From NCBI GenBank assembly GCA_965202585.1, contig OZ241833.1, positions 23,002,001-23,066,000 on the forward strand: 64,000 nucleotides of DNA. Reading direction: 5' to 3'. Of this stretch, positions 1 through 12,900 are shown piece by piece. This stretch comes from Thalia democratica (lineage: Eukaryota). The position numbers and the translations under genes are program-made. The notes beneath the pieces were generated by a model. That model saw only the letters and a list, made by a program, of their open reading frames with translations, searched no databases and was not told the origin of the DNA. Position 1 is the stretch's first letter. Each line of letters starts with the position of its first letter.

Positions 1-1424
1 TATTGAAGACAGTTTTTATACAAATTTGTCATTATTTATTAAAGAGGAATAATAAAAAACGAAATTATTACTAAACCAAGGGAACTTTTTTTATTTTTGA
101 TAAATAAAGGTAATTAATCTTATGCTATTAATAATTTGAACGTAATTACTTTAGGCTTGCAGTAAAAATATTTTGTTTATTATAAGTATGTGTGTAAAAT
201 GAAACTTGGTTTAATTTTGAACAGTAATATAACTGAGACAATTTTGTTTAAACTCATGTGCTATGTGGTATTTGATTACTTAAAGTTTAGTCATATCATA
301 CTAAAGCTTTTAAATTTATTTGGTATTTTTAAATTCTGCACTTGTTCCGACAAACAAAGTTAATTGAAAGAATAATAGAAATTGATAAATATTATTTATT
401 CTAAAAACTTGTTATCAAAAAAAAAGTAAACGTATTTTATTTTTAAACTTCAAACATTTTTTTTTTAATGTTGGTAAATTAAAAAGAAAATCAACAAACA
501 ATTACATAAAAATTAAACTTTATTTAGCGAAAATGAATGTGCAAAGTAAAAATAAAGTAAACAATTAGGCAGGGTAGTAAAAAAAAGAACAAAAACGTAA
601 TTTCACTTTGCCTTAAAAATGCTTTTAAAGATGAAAAAATACATGCAAAAGAAAACTTTTATAATTCTTTTTACATATAAGCTACAAAGATATAATTTTT
701 TAAATGCATTGTTTCAAAATGGTAAGGTAAAAAATACTAAATAGTAAGTAAAAAAATACTGATTAAATTTTATGTGTTGATAAATACTGTAGTATCTATA
801 GCACGATGTGATGATGGGAAAAAATAACTCTGATTCTGTAGAAGAAAAATCATAAAAAACCTTTTTAATATAAAGTTATAAATAAATTTCTGCATTTTTA
901 AAATTGTTCGTAAACTGTTTGAAGTGTAAAAATTGTTTTGTTTTTTTAAAAACTTTTTAGTAATAGAACTAACTGAGTTTTTAACTGTACAACTATTGTA
1001 CCATGTTACAAGTAATATTTGAATTTCTAAAATTATTAATGAAAATTTTTCACGAATAGCTCATATAATCAAAAGTAGTAAAATTTTTATTTATTTATTT
1101 GCATTTAAAGTTCGCTATTATAATTCCTAAGGATTTTTAAGTAGAAATCAATAAAACCTAAGTAAACAAATATATGACGTTGACAGAAAACTTGAACTAA
1201 TTTTTCGTTAAAATTTCAACTTTTTTTATTCTTATTTTTCAGTTACTTTATCTGGGTGCAAAAACAAAAGGCAGGCTAAGTTTTTTGAACAGTGCCATGA
1301 CTTTAAATGCTTAACTAAACATAGACAAGAAAAAAAGTGTAGGCAATGTGAAAAAAAAACAAGAAAATACTCACCTATCCTTAAAACAATTCTTTCCATG
1401 CTTAACTAATGTTCACAAAAAAGT

Positions 1425-4400
1425 TCACGAATTTTTCGAAAAAAATATAAAGGATATAAAAGAAAATACAAGCATTTTAAATGATAACTGGTTCGATCCT
1501 TCTGATGAGTTGGGTTTTTGGGTTTTATTTTTTAAAGCACCTGATTTTTCTTCAGTTTCGTTTCTATGACCTAAAAAGTATTGTCATATTATGTTTCAAA
1601 CTAAAATGTAAACGAAAAAAGTGTATTTAATGCAGAAGTATTATAGTAAGCACGTATAAAAATGTACAAATGTGTATCTTAGTATAATAAGTAGAATATT
1701 TTAATTGGATTATTATTGAATAAAATATTTTAATTCTAAACTTCTTACCACATAATTTTCATAGTTTATCAGTAGTTTTTGTATGATTTTTTAAAGGTTT
1801 TGTTCTTTGTAATTTCAAAAATAGCTTAAAACAGAACTTAACACTTTAAAAGCCTTTTTAAAGCAAGTTTTTATTGTTACTAAATAAGTTATGTAGTATT
1901 TATTTATTTTTGACAAAACATTAAATGTGTGACGGATGGTTTTTAGTTGTATTAGAGCAGATATTTTTTATTTATTTTATACATTATTAAGCTAAAATAC
2001 ATTTAATTATTTATTATAACTAATATTTTTCAGTTTTTCATTAATATTTTAGTAAATTTATTCTCGACAATTAAAAGCTTAACTTTTCACTTTTGGTTAA
2101 ACGTGTTTCTGTAAAATACTAAAACAAGTTACATTACTATTTTAAATTTAGTTTGTATGTATAAAGTAATTTCAAGGAAAAGTTGTTGTTACAAAAAAAT
2201 ATTGAAACTTAAAATTACCATAAACTTAACTTTTTTGTATATTGGATTGAAAAGTTCTTAAGCTCTTAAGCTTGTAATCAAGAAAATTATTCATCTTTAT
2301 TAATTTAGAGAAATAGTGCTTTGTGTAATACATAGTTTAATTGAACTTCTGCAAAAGTAAAAAAAATAGACATTTTATTAATTATGTTATATAGCTGCAA
2401 TGCAACGAATCGGATTATATTATATTAAATTGATATGTATAAACTTAAAACTCTATTAACTGTTGGAGTGTAGGAATACTTACTCGAAATTGAGAAAAAG
2501 TTTACTCATCTATGTTTTTGTAAGTAAAATTACTTTTAAAACAAACTAAGTTTTGAAATGCAAAAAACATATTGAAAAAACTATAAGTCTAACAAAAGTT
2601 TCAAATTTAAAAAACTTAATAAAATATTGACGAAACATTCAAACTAAATATATATCTCTCACGTATTTTCAGCCTAAAAGATTTTTAATTAAATGCTTTC
2701 AAATGACTTATAAAAATCCTAAAATAAGTTTAGCTAAACAGTTTAGTAAGCAATAGTTAAAGGTTTTTTAAACCAATTAACTAAAAATGTGGTGCACTTA
2801 ATTTAAGCTTATACTGTTAAGCTTAGTTGTGATAGTTTAGTCTTTTTAAACAAAGTTTTGTAGTCAAACTTTAGATTATATTATAAACTATTTGATAGTT
2901 TTTTTTTCTCTAGAACAATCTTTTATCTACCATTACTAAACTATATTTAAGTTTTCGTAGAACTATATTTTCGAATTTAACAATTTTTTTGTTTTACATT
3001 GATTTTTCGTGAAACCCTTCTTTAAAAACGGTATTAACAGTAATCACTACTAAAAAGGTCATCATGGAAAGTGTTTAGTATTAGCTATAACAGTTTCAAT
3101 TTTACATAAGTATCAGTCGTTGGAATATTTATTGCCTTAAAAATTTCAATTTAAAAGTTGATTTTAATTTTTAAAGGTAAATTTATAATTAAGCATTGCT
3201 TAAATTTTAATAACTTTATAGTAAAAAAACGATCAAAAAGATAAAAGGTTTTACTTTATCTAACTGTATTAAGACACTTTATAAGGTATTTACTATTGAC
3301 ATATAAAAAATATTGTTTTACCAAATAAAAAAACAGTTTAAAAGTGAAAAAAAAAAAAAGAACACAACTGTTAATTTTGTGTAAGAGCTTTACACAACCT
3401 GTATTTAGTATTGACAGATGCAAAATATTGCGGTAAATAAAAAATGTTAATCATTCTTTTTAGTACCATACATCTTTTGTATGGTCTACTTAAATTAAGA
3501 AACAAATTAGCTTTTTTACTTTAGATAACAGATTATTTTTTTATGTTCAAATTGCAGATATACCTTGTTGTTTTAGCTTACTCAACATTTTTTTTACTTA
3601 AGTTTAAAACGTAAACAAACAAATGATAAAATATAGAAAGTTATGTCTATAGGTAGCTTACCATTTTAAACTTTTATCTTCAAAATACTTTTGTAACAAC
3701 TATAAAATGTTTATTTTTTATGTAATAAACAAGATAAACCAAATTTTTTATGTTTTTTTACTGAACTCATACTATCAACTTAACTTAAAATTAAAAAAAT
3801 GAAACAAAACTATTTTGTTTGAACTTTTTAAGTAGACCTACAATTAATGTGTTGGCTTCTTTAAGTTTTAGCTTTTTTCTGCTTCTGTTTTACGCTTTCC
3901 GTTTCAAAACTGTTCTATTTTTTTTAATGAATGCGCAAACAGATTTATAAAAAAAAAACTTTTAATGTGAACATAAACTATCTTAGTTAACATTATTACC
4001 AGCATCAATGTTGGGGAAGAATTTGTTCCAGAAGCTGCAGTGGGTGATCAGCCGGGAATACTGGGGGCTGTTGAGCGTTGACATGGTGAGGGCCGACGAA
4101 GTTGGACCAATCACGTTGATGCATCTGTCATCTTTCGTGTACTTCTTCCACTCTTCCGCGTCTCCTTCAGGCGTTTTGTCGGAGTTAGGATTGCTGAAAC
4201 AAGATAGTTTATGGTATTTGTGCAAATATTGTTGTATTAAAAGTTTCCACAGGTTTAGTTTAGGTTACTGTACCTATCAAAGTAGAATATTTTTGTACGA
4301 TGTTATAATGAACATATTTTCGCGCAAAAACAAGATTTAAGTTTTAATCTTAAAAAAATTAGCTTTAAAATACGACATGATTGACATAATTACCAACAAT

Positions 4401-5232
4401 AACATTTTATATCAATTAAACTACTCAAACTTTTTCATTTCTTACCCCGTCCTGGCAAAGTTTGCCCACAATTTCATAATGTTCCGCGACAGCTCCACTT
4501 CGTGGGCCGTGTAATTCAAACTTTTGTCCAATGGCAGCCCGAACACGAACTCGATCTCGTACCCGTGCATCACCCCCATCCACTCCGGCCACGGGTTCTG
4601 CGAGCTCCTCTGCACAAAGTGGTAGAAGTAAACCTCCCCGCTGCCGCCAGCCTCGCTCCTCTGGTCGGCCAGGCTCAGCAGCGGGCACACCACCGCCGTG
4701 TCGCCGACCATGTCGTCCAGCCGGTCCCGGTAGAACGTCTCGGGGCTTTCTGACGGGAGGGCGTGCGTCACCGGCTTGTTTTCGCAACTTTTCGCGCCGT
4801 CCTCGCGCAGGCAGCTTGACTTGTACTGCAGGTCTTCCGGCTTCCTGCCGTGCGTGTACAGGAAGTCCGAAAACTCGATGGTGGTCTGCCGCAAAAGCTC
4901 GGAGGCGTCGTCCCCGACCGGGTTGTAGATTCCCAGGTCGAGCCCCTTGCGAAAATCGGTGTAGTTGATCTTGCACTGCTTGCCCATGTCCCATTCTTCG
5001 GTGTAGATGAGGAAATAGTTGCCTTCGTTCATGTTGTAGCCGAGCAGCAGGTTTTTGTCGCTCGACTCGTTCAGGGGCTTCTTCTTCGGGTCGAAACTCA
5101 CAAAGTCGTTGCTGGGAACGGGGGCGTTTGAAAACCTGAAGACTCCCTTGGTTGCCCAATCTTTGTTGACGATGGTTTCGGCGTCGATGTTTTGAAAACA
5201 CTCTATCGTTGCTTCTTTAATGCTGCGTGGAT
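1425..5232 (-). pseudogene. ACHE: Duplicated 3' part of AChE (exons 5-7: 5232-4446, 4193-4000, 1570-1425), without promoter, signal peptide or catalytic Ser
   Basis: Copy of the exons at +5351; splice sites intact; exons 1-4 lie outside the duplicated unit. Confidence 0.85.
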
Positions 5233-6775
5233 CTGTTTGAGTACATTTGTATGTATTAGTATAAAAAAACGTATTAAAGGTTGTAAGGTTGTGATTTTTT
5301 TTCTGCAATTTAAGTGGGCAATAAATAAATTACTTTGTGTTTAAATAAATATTTTCGAGTTTTTTATAACAACGAGTTTCACCTCTATGCTGTTTTAATC
5401 TTGCTGATAATATAGCTTTAATTCAAATTATTACGAGCTTTTTATTATATTAAATTATTACTAATTAATCTTATGCTATTAATAATTTGAACGTAATTAC
5501 TTTAGGCTTGCAGTAAAAATATTTTGTTTATTATAAGTATGTGTGTAAAATGAAACTTGGTTTAATTTTGAACAGTAATATAACTGAGACAATTTTGTTT
5601 AAACTCATGTGCTATGTGGTATTTGATTACTTAAAGTTTAGTCATATCATACTAAAGCTTTTAAATTTATTTGGTATTTTTAAATTCTGCACTTGTTCCG
5701 ACAAACAAAGTTAATTGAAAGAATAATAGAAATTGATAAATATTATTTATTCTAAAAACTTGTTATCAAAAAAAAAGTAAACGTATTTTATTTTTAAACT
5801 TCAAACATTTTTTTTTTAATGTTGGTAAATTAAAAAGAAAATCAACAAACAATTACATAAAAATTAAACTTTATTTAGCGAAAATGAATGTGCAAAGTAA
5901 AAATAAAGTAAACAATTAGGCAGGGTAGTAAAAAAAAGAACAAAAACGTAATTTCACTTTGCCTTAAAAATGCTTTTAAAGATGAAAAAATACATGCAAA
6001 AGAAAACTTTTATAATTCTTTTTACATATAAGCTACAAAGATATAATTTTTTAAATGCATTGTTTCAAAATGGTAAGGTAAAAAATACTAAATAGTAAGT
6101 AAAAAAATACTGATTAAATTTTATGTGTTGATAAATACTGTAGTATCTATAGCACGATGTGATGATGGGAAAAAATAACTCTGATTCTGTAGAAGAAAAA
6201 TCATAAAAAACCTTTTTAATATAAAGTTATAAATAAATTTCTGCATTTTTAAAATTGTTCGTAAACTGTTTGAAGTGTAAAAATTGTTTTGTTTTTTTAA
6301 AAACTTTTTAGTAATAGAACTAACTGAGTTTTTAACTGTACAACTATTGTACCATGTTACAAGTAATATTTGAATTTCTAAAATTATTAATGAAAATTTT
6401 TCACGAATAGCTCATATAATCAAAAGTAGTAAAATTTTTATTTATTTATTTGCATTTAAAGTTCGCTATTATAATTCCTAAGGATTTTTAAGTAGAAATC
6501 AATAAAACCTAAGTAAACAAATATATGACGTTGACAGAAAACTTGAACTAATTTTTCGTTAAAATTTCAACTTTTTTTATTCTTATTTTTCAGTTACTTT
6601 ATCTGGGTGCAAAAACAAAAGGCAGGCTAAGTTTTTTGAACAGTGCCATGACTTTAAATGCTTAACTAAACATAGACAAGAAAAAAAGTGTAGGCAATGT
6701 GAAAAAAAAACAAGAAAATACTCACCTATCCTTAAAACAATTCTTTCCATGCTTAACTAATGTTCACAAAAAAGT

Positions 6776-6921
6776 TCACGAATTTTTCGAAAAAAATATA
6801 AAGGATATAAAAGAAAATACAAGCATTTTAAATGATAACTGGTTCGATCCTTCTGATGAGTTGGGTTTTTGGGTTTTATTTTTTAAAGCACCTGATTTTT
6901 CTTCAGTTTCGTTTCTATGAC
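6776..6921 (-). CDS. ACHE: AChE coding exon 7: hydrophobic, GPI-signal-like C-terminus (not in ORF track)
   Basis: tttttag|GT CAT AGA...; [48 protein letters not shown]; phase matches exon 6; small-residue cluster, spacer, then hydrophobic tail. Confidence 0.78.
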
Positions 6922-9900
6922 CTAAAAAGTATTGTCATATTATGTTTCAAACTAAAATGTAAACGAAAAAAGTGTATTTAATGCAGAAGTATTATAGTAA
7001 GCACGTATAAAAATGTACAAATGTGTATCTTAGTATAATAAGTAGAATATTTTAATTGGATTATTATTGAATAAAATATTTTAATTCTAAACTTCTTACC
7101 ACATAATTTTCATAGTTTATCAGTAGTTTTTGTATGATTTTTTAAAGGTTTTGTTCTTTGTAATTTCAAAAATAGCTTAAAACAGAACTTAACACTTTAA
7201 AAGCCTTTTTAAAGCAAGTTTTTATTGTTACTAAATAAGTTATGTAGTATTTATTTATTTTTGACAAAACATTAAATGTGTGACGGATGGTTTTTAGTTG
7301 TATTAGAGCAGATATTTTTTATTTATTTTATACATTATTAAGCTAAAATACATTTAATTATTTATTATAACTAATATTTTTCAGTTTTTCATTAATATTT
7401 TAGTAAATTTATTCTCGACAATTAAAAGCTTAACTTTTCACTTTTGGTTAAACGTGTTTCTGTAAAATACTAAAACAAGTTACATTACTATTTTAAATTT
7501 AGTTTGTATGTATAAAGTAATTTCAAGGAAAAGTTGTTGTTACAAAAAAATATTGAAACTTAAAATTACCATAAACTTAACTTTTTTGTATATTGGATTG
7601 AAAAGTTCTTAAGCTCTTAAGCTTGTAATCAAGAAAATTATTCATCTTTATTAATTTAGAGAAATAGTGCTTTGTGTAATACATAGTTTAATTGAACTTC
7701 TGCAAAAGTAAAAAAAATAGACATTTTATTAATTATGTTATATAGCTGCAATGCAACGAATCGGATTATATTATATTAAATTGATATGTATAAACTTAAA
7801 ACTCTATTAACTGTTGGAGTGTAGGAATACTTACTCGAAATTGAGAAAAAGTTTACTCATCTATGTTTTTGTAAGTAAAATTACTTTTAAAACAAACTAA
7901 GTTTTGAAATGCAAAAAACATATTGAAAAAACTATAAGTCTAACAAAAGTTTCAAATTTAAAAAACTTAATAAAATATTGACGAAACATTCAAACTAAAT
8001 ATATATCTCTCACGTATTTTCAGCCTAAAAGATTTTTAATTAAATGCTTTCAAATGACTTATAAAAATCCTAAAATAAGTTTAGCTAAACAGTTTAGTAA
8101 GCAATAGTTAAAGGTTTTTTAAACCAATTAACTAAAAATGTGGTGCACTTAATTTAAGCTTATACTGTTAAGCTTAGTTGTGATAGTTTAGTCTTTTTAA
8201 ACAAAGTTTTGTAGTCAAACTTTAGATTATATTATAAACTATTTGATAGTTTTTTTTTCTCTAGAACAATCTTTTATCTACCATTACTAAACTATATTTA
8301 AGTTTTCGTAGAACTATATTTTCGAATTTAACAATTTTTTTGTTTTACATTGATTTTTCGTGAAACCCTTCTTTAAAAACGGTATTAACAGTAATCACTA
8401 CTAAAAAGGTCATCATGGAAAGTGTTTAGTATTAGCTATAACAGTTTCAATTTTACATAAGTATCAGTCGTTGGAATATTTATTGCCTTAAAAATTTCAA
8501 TTTAAAAGTTGATTTTAATTTTTAAAGGTAAATTTATAATTAAGCATTGCTTAAATTTTAATAACTTTATAGTAAAAAAACGATCAAAAAGATAAAAGGT
8601 TTTACTTTATCTAACTGTATTAAGACACTTTATAAGGTATTTACTATTGACATATAAAAAATATTGTTTTACCAAATAAAAAAACAGTTTAAAAGTGAAA
8701 AAAAAAAAAAGAACACAACTGTTAATTTTGTGTAAGAGCTTTACACAACCTGTATTTAGTATTGACAGATGCAAAATATTGCGGTAAATAAAAAATGTTA
8801 ATCATTCTTTTTAGTACCATACATCTTTTGTATGGTCTACTTAAATTAAGAAACAAATTAGCTTTTTTACTTTAGATAACAGATTATTTTTTTATGTTCA
8901 AATTGCAGATATACCTTGTTGTTTTAGCTTACTCAACATTTTTTTTACTTAAGTTTAAAACGTAAACAAACAAATGATAAAATATAGAAAGTTATGTCTA
9001 TAGGTAGCTTACCATTTTAAACTTTTATCTTCAAAATACTTTTGTAACAACTATAAAATGTTTATTTTTTATGTAATAAACAAGATAAACCAAATTTTTT
9101 ATGTTTTTTTACTGAACTCATACTATCAACTTAACTTAAAATTAAAAAAATGAAACAAAACTATTTTGTTTGAACTTTTTAAGTAGACCTACAATTAATG
9201 TGTTGGCTTCTTTAAGTTTTAGCTTTTTTCTGCTTCTGTTTTACGCTTTCCGTTTCAAAACTGTTCTATTTTTTTTAATGAATGCGCAAACAGATTTATA
9301 AAAAAAAAACTTTTAATGTGAACATAAACTATCTTAGTTAACATTATTACCAGCATCAATGTTGGGGAAGAATTTGTTCCAGAAGCTGCAGTGGGTGATC
9401 AGCCGGGAATACTGGGGGCTGTTGAGCGTTGACATGGTGAGGGCCGACGAAGTTGGACCAATCACGTTGATGCATCTGTCATCTTTCGTGTACTTCTTCC
9501 ACTCTTCCGCGTCTCCTTCAGGCGTTTTGTCGGAGTTAGGATTGCTGAAACAAGATAGTTTATGGTATTTGTGCAAATATTGTTGTATTAAAAGTTTCCA
9601 CAGGTTTAGTTTAGGTTACTGTACCTATCAAAGTAGAATATTTTTGTACGATGTTATAATGAACATATTTTCGCGCAAAAACAAGATTTAAGTTTTAATC
9701 TTAAAAAAATTAGCTTTAAAATACGACATGATTGACATAATTACCAACAATAACATTTTATATCAATTAAACTACTCAAACTTTTTCATTTCTTACCCCG
9801 TCCTGGCAAAGTTTGCCCACAATTTCATAATGTTCCGCGACAGCTCCACTTCGTGGGCCGTGTAATTCAAACTTTTGTCCAATGGCAGCCCGAACACGAA

Positions 9901-12900
9901 CTCGATCTCGTACCCGTGCATCACCCCCATCCACTCCGGCCACGGGTTCTGCGAGCTCCTCTGCACAAAGTGGTAGAAGTAAACCTCCCCGCTGCCGCCA
10001 GCCTCGCTCCTCTGGTCGGCCAGGCTCAGCAGCGGGCACACCACCGCCGTGTCGCCGACCATGTCGTCCAGCCGGTCCCGGTAGAACGTCTCGGGGCTTT
10101 CTGACGGGAGGGCGTGCGTCACCGGCTTGTTTTCGCAACTTTTCGCGCCGTCCTCGCGCAGGCAGCTTGACTTGTACTGCAGGTCTTCCGGCTTCCTGCC
10201 GTGCGTGTACAGGAAGTCCGAAAACTCGATGGTGGTCTGCCGCAAAAGCTCGGAGGCGTCGTCCCCGACCGGGTTGTAGATTCCCAGGTCGAGCCCCTTG
10301 CGAAAATCGGTGTAGTTGATCTTGCACTGCTTGCCCATGTCCCATTCTTCGGTGTAGATGAGGAAATAGTTGCCTTCGTTCATGTTGTAGCCGAGCAGCA
10401 GGTTTTTGTCGCTCGACTCGTTCAGGGGCTTCTTCTTCGGGTCGAAACTCACAAAGTCGTTGCTGGGAACGGGGGCGTTTGAAAACCTGAAGACTCCCTT
10501 GGTTGCCCAATCTTTGTTGACGATGGTTTCGGCGTCGATGTTTTGAAAACACTCTATCGTTGCTTCTTTAATGCTGCGTGGATCTGTTTGAGTACATTTG
10601 TATGTATTAGTATAAAAAAACGTATTAAAGGTTGTAAGGTTGTGATTTTTTTTCTGCAATTTAAGTGGGCAATAAATAAATTACTTTGTGTTTAAATAAA
10701 TATTTTCGAGTTTTTTATAACAACGAGTTTCACCTCTATGCTGTTTTAATCTTGCTGATAATATAGCTTTAATTCAAATTATTACGAGCTACAATTTAAA
10801 TATAACATTGTTAACGCAACTCAACAAAAAAACAAGGCTTTTCTAACTAAATTGGTAAACAAAACAAACCATAGATACCAAAGTTAAAACTTATGAAAAC
10901 ACTGGCAATGTTAGTACTGGAATATTCTTTCAGTAGAAAACATTATTTCCAATACATTCATATCGTAGCGTAGTACTACAACCACGCAAACGAAAGGAAC
11001 TCCGAGCACATTAGCTTTTGGAAGCACATTAAAAGCACTTCTTATATAAGCTGCTGCTTGCGCGCGCGGGCCACGACACTGCTTGACTTCTTCGCGAAGT
11101 TTCGTTGTTTTCTTATTGATCTGCGGCAGTTTCTCTTTCGCGCTTGCCCTCGCTCGCTGCCACTACTTGGTTTTTCGCGATTTAAGCCAGCTCATAATAA
11201 ATCGATTCCACACACAGCCCACATAAGCGATTTAAAGTGGAAACAAACTTTTTTTTTGCTTCATTTCAAAGGCAACAGTTTCCTTTTCATGTTTCCGCTC
11301 CTTAAGCAGGGAATTACGCGCGGTTTATCCGTGTGAGCGTTACAGCATCGGATGTAACACTTTGAATGCAGCGCAATAATTTCGCTTACAACCTGCTTAT
11401 TCTAGTATTTAGCCTTTAATAATTTAAAGTTGAGCGAGAAAAAGTCATTATTTTTATTATGGTTTTGGGTTGGGTAATTACTAAAATTAAGTTAATTATG
11501 GTTTGTTGTTTTCAAAATACTACAAACAAAGGTCAAAGCTATCAAACCTGTGTTGTTCTTTGGTGGATACAAAACACTGCAGTTTAGATCTTTTGCCAGA
11601 ACTTGTGATCTTCGCTGTGCTTCATCGACACTTATCATTGCCCAAGGACTTAGCAACGAGCCACTTTGAGCTATTGCATTTCTGAACAGGCGTTATAAAC
11701 TTATTAACGAAACCCAAATACATAAAAACTTTTAATTTTTTTGTAGTTAAAAAACAAATGTTACTCCTAAATTATAATTAAATATATTTGTAAGAAAAAG
11801 AAAACATGTTTTTTAAGTTTGAATTTTTTTTAGTAAATGTTAAACCTTTCTTTAATCAATGAAATGAACTCTGTGAGAAACAGCTTATAAGAATTATTCA
11901 TGTAGTTTTAGTTGTTAATTTTTATACATTTTATTAATTTTGTATTCTAATAGTATAAATTATTGTAACTGAAGAATGGAATACTATCAAAAGTTAAAAC
12001 TGAGTGTTGAAATACTTTTTGTTAAGAATAAATACAACAACAAAATTAGTTTGTTTATTTCTATTTAATTTTTGAACTTTTTTATTATACTTATTGGTAT
12101 ATTTAAGCATAAATTCAAATTAGACGTTTTTATAAAACTTTATTTATTATACGACCAAATAAGTCAGACACTTTAAATGTTTGAAGTTTTGCTAAATGTT
12201 TCAAATTTTGAAATTTTATGACCAAAACTTATAATTTTAAAAATATGTTTATCAAAAACAATTGCTTGAACTTTATCTTTAAAACTTATTCAGATACAGT
12301 ATGCAAATATTTATAAGGCATTCTTTGTATTGTTACTGATAACAAACGCCTTTTACACATTTAATCCAAATGTTTTCCATATGCCATAGGCGTATATTTG
12401 TTTTTATTGAAAAATACCTGTCAAATTTAATATGAAACCTACGCAACTTTGAGCAGATAAAATGAATTACTTTCCACTGAAAAACTCTGACCGTAAAGTG
12501 AAATTTTAATTTACATCCAAGATAAAAGGTCTTAAAACTTGAACTTTTTTATACACATCGACACTCAATTTTACCGCTTGTCAATGATAAAAAAATATTT
12601 GTTTTTTAACTTACAAAGATTAGAACTTTTATATGTGTAAGAAAGCTTTTGAATATACGAAAACAATGTTTTATTTTTATTTGAAAAAAAAAGTAGACAT
12701 AGCCAATGTCTTATGATGAGTTTTATTTTTAGAATTTTAATCAACATTTTTTGTTAAAGTAAAATATATAGAATTATTGTCACAAAATAAATATTAGTTT
12801 TCAACTAGAGTTTTAGTTTTTATATAATAACACACTTTTTATTTTTTAATAAGGTTAAATAGCGAAACTTTACAAAAAATACATAATTAAACAAATTTAA

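Larger units (their letters stand above)
111..10790. repeat. Head-to-tail tandem duplication, 5329-bp unit (copy A 111-5439, copy B 5462-10790, 22-nt junction 5440-5461)
   Basis: Constant offset of 5351 at both ends and for all paired ORFs; translations identical; a homopolymer run checked has the same length in both copies. Confidence 0.97.

Noticed and set aside
1348-1569. Plus-strand 73-aa ORF (and its copy 6699-6920)
   Set aside because: Antisense shadow of AChE exon 7 with a non-ATG start; the minus frame fits splice phase and a GPI-like signal
4008-5201. Overlapping alternative-frame and antisense ORFs over AChE exons 5-6 (and copies at +5351)
   Set aside because: By-products of GC-rich codon usage that depletes stop codons; no recognisable motifs
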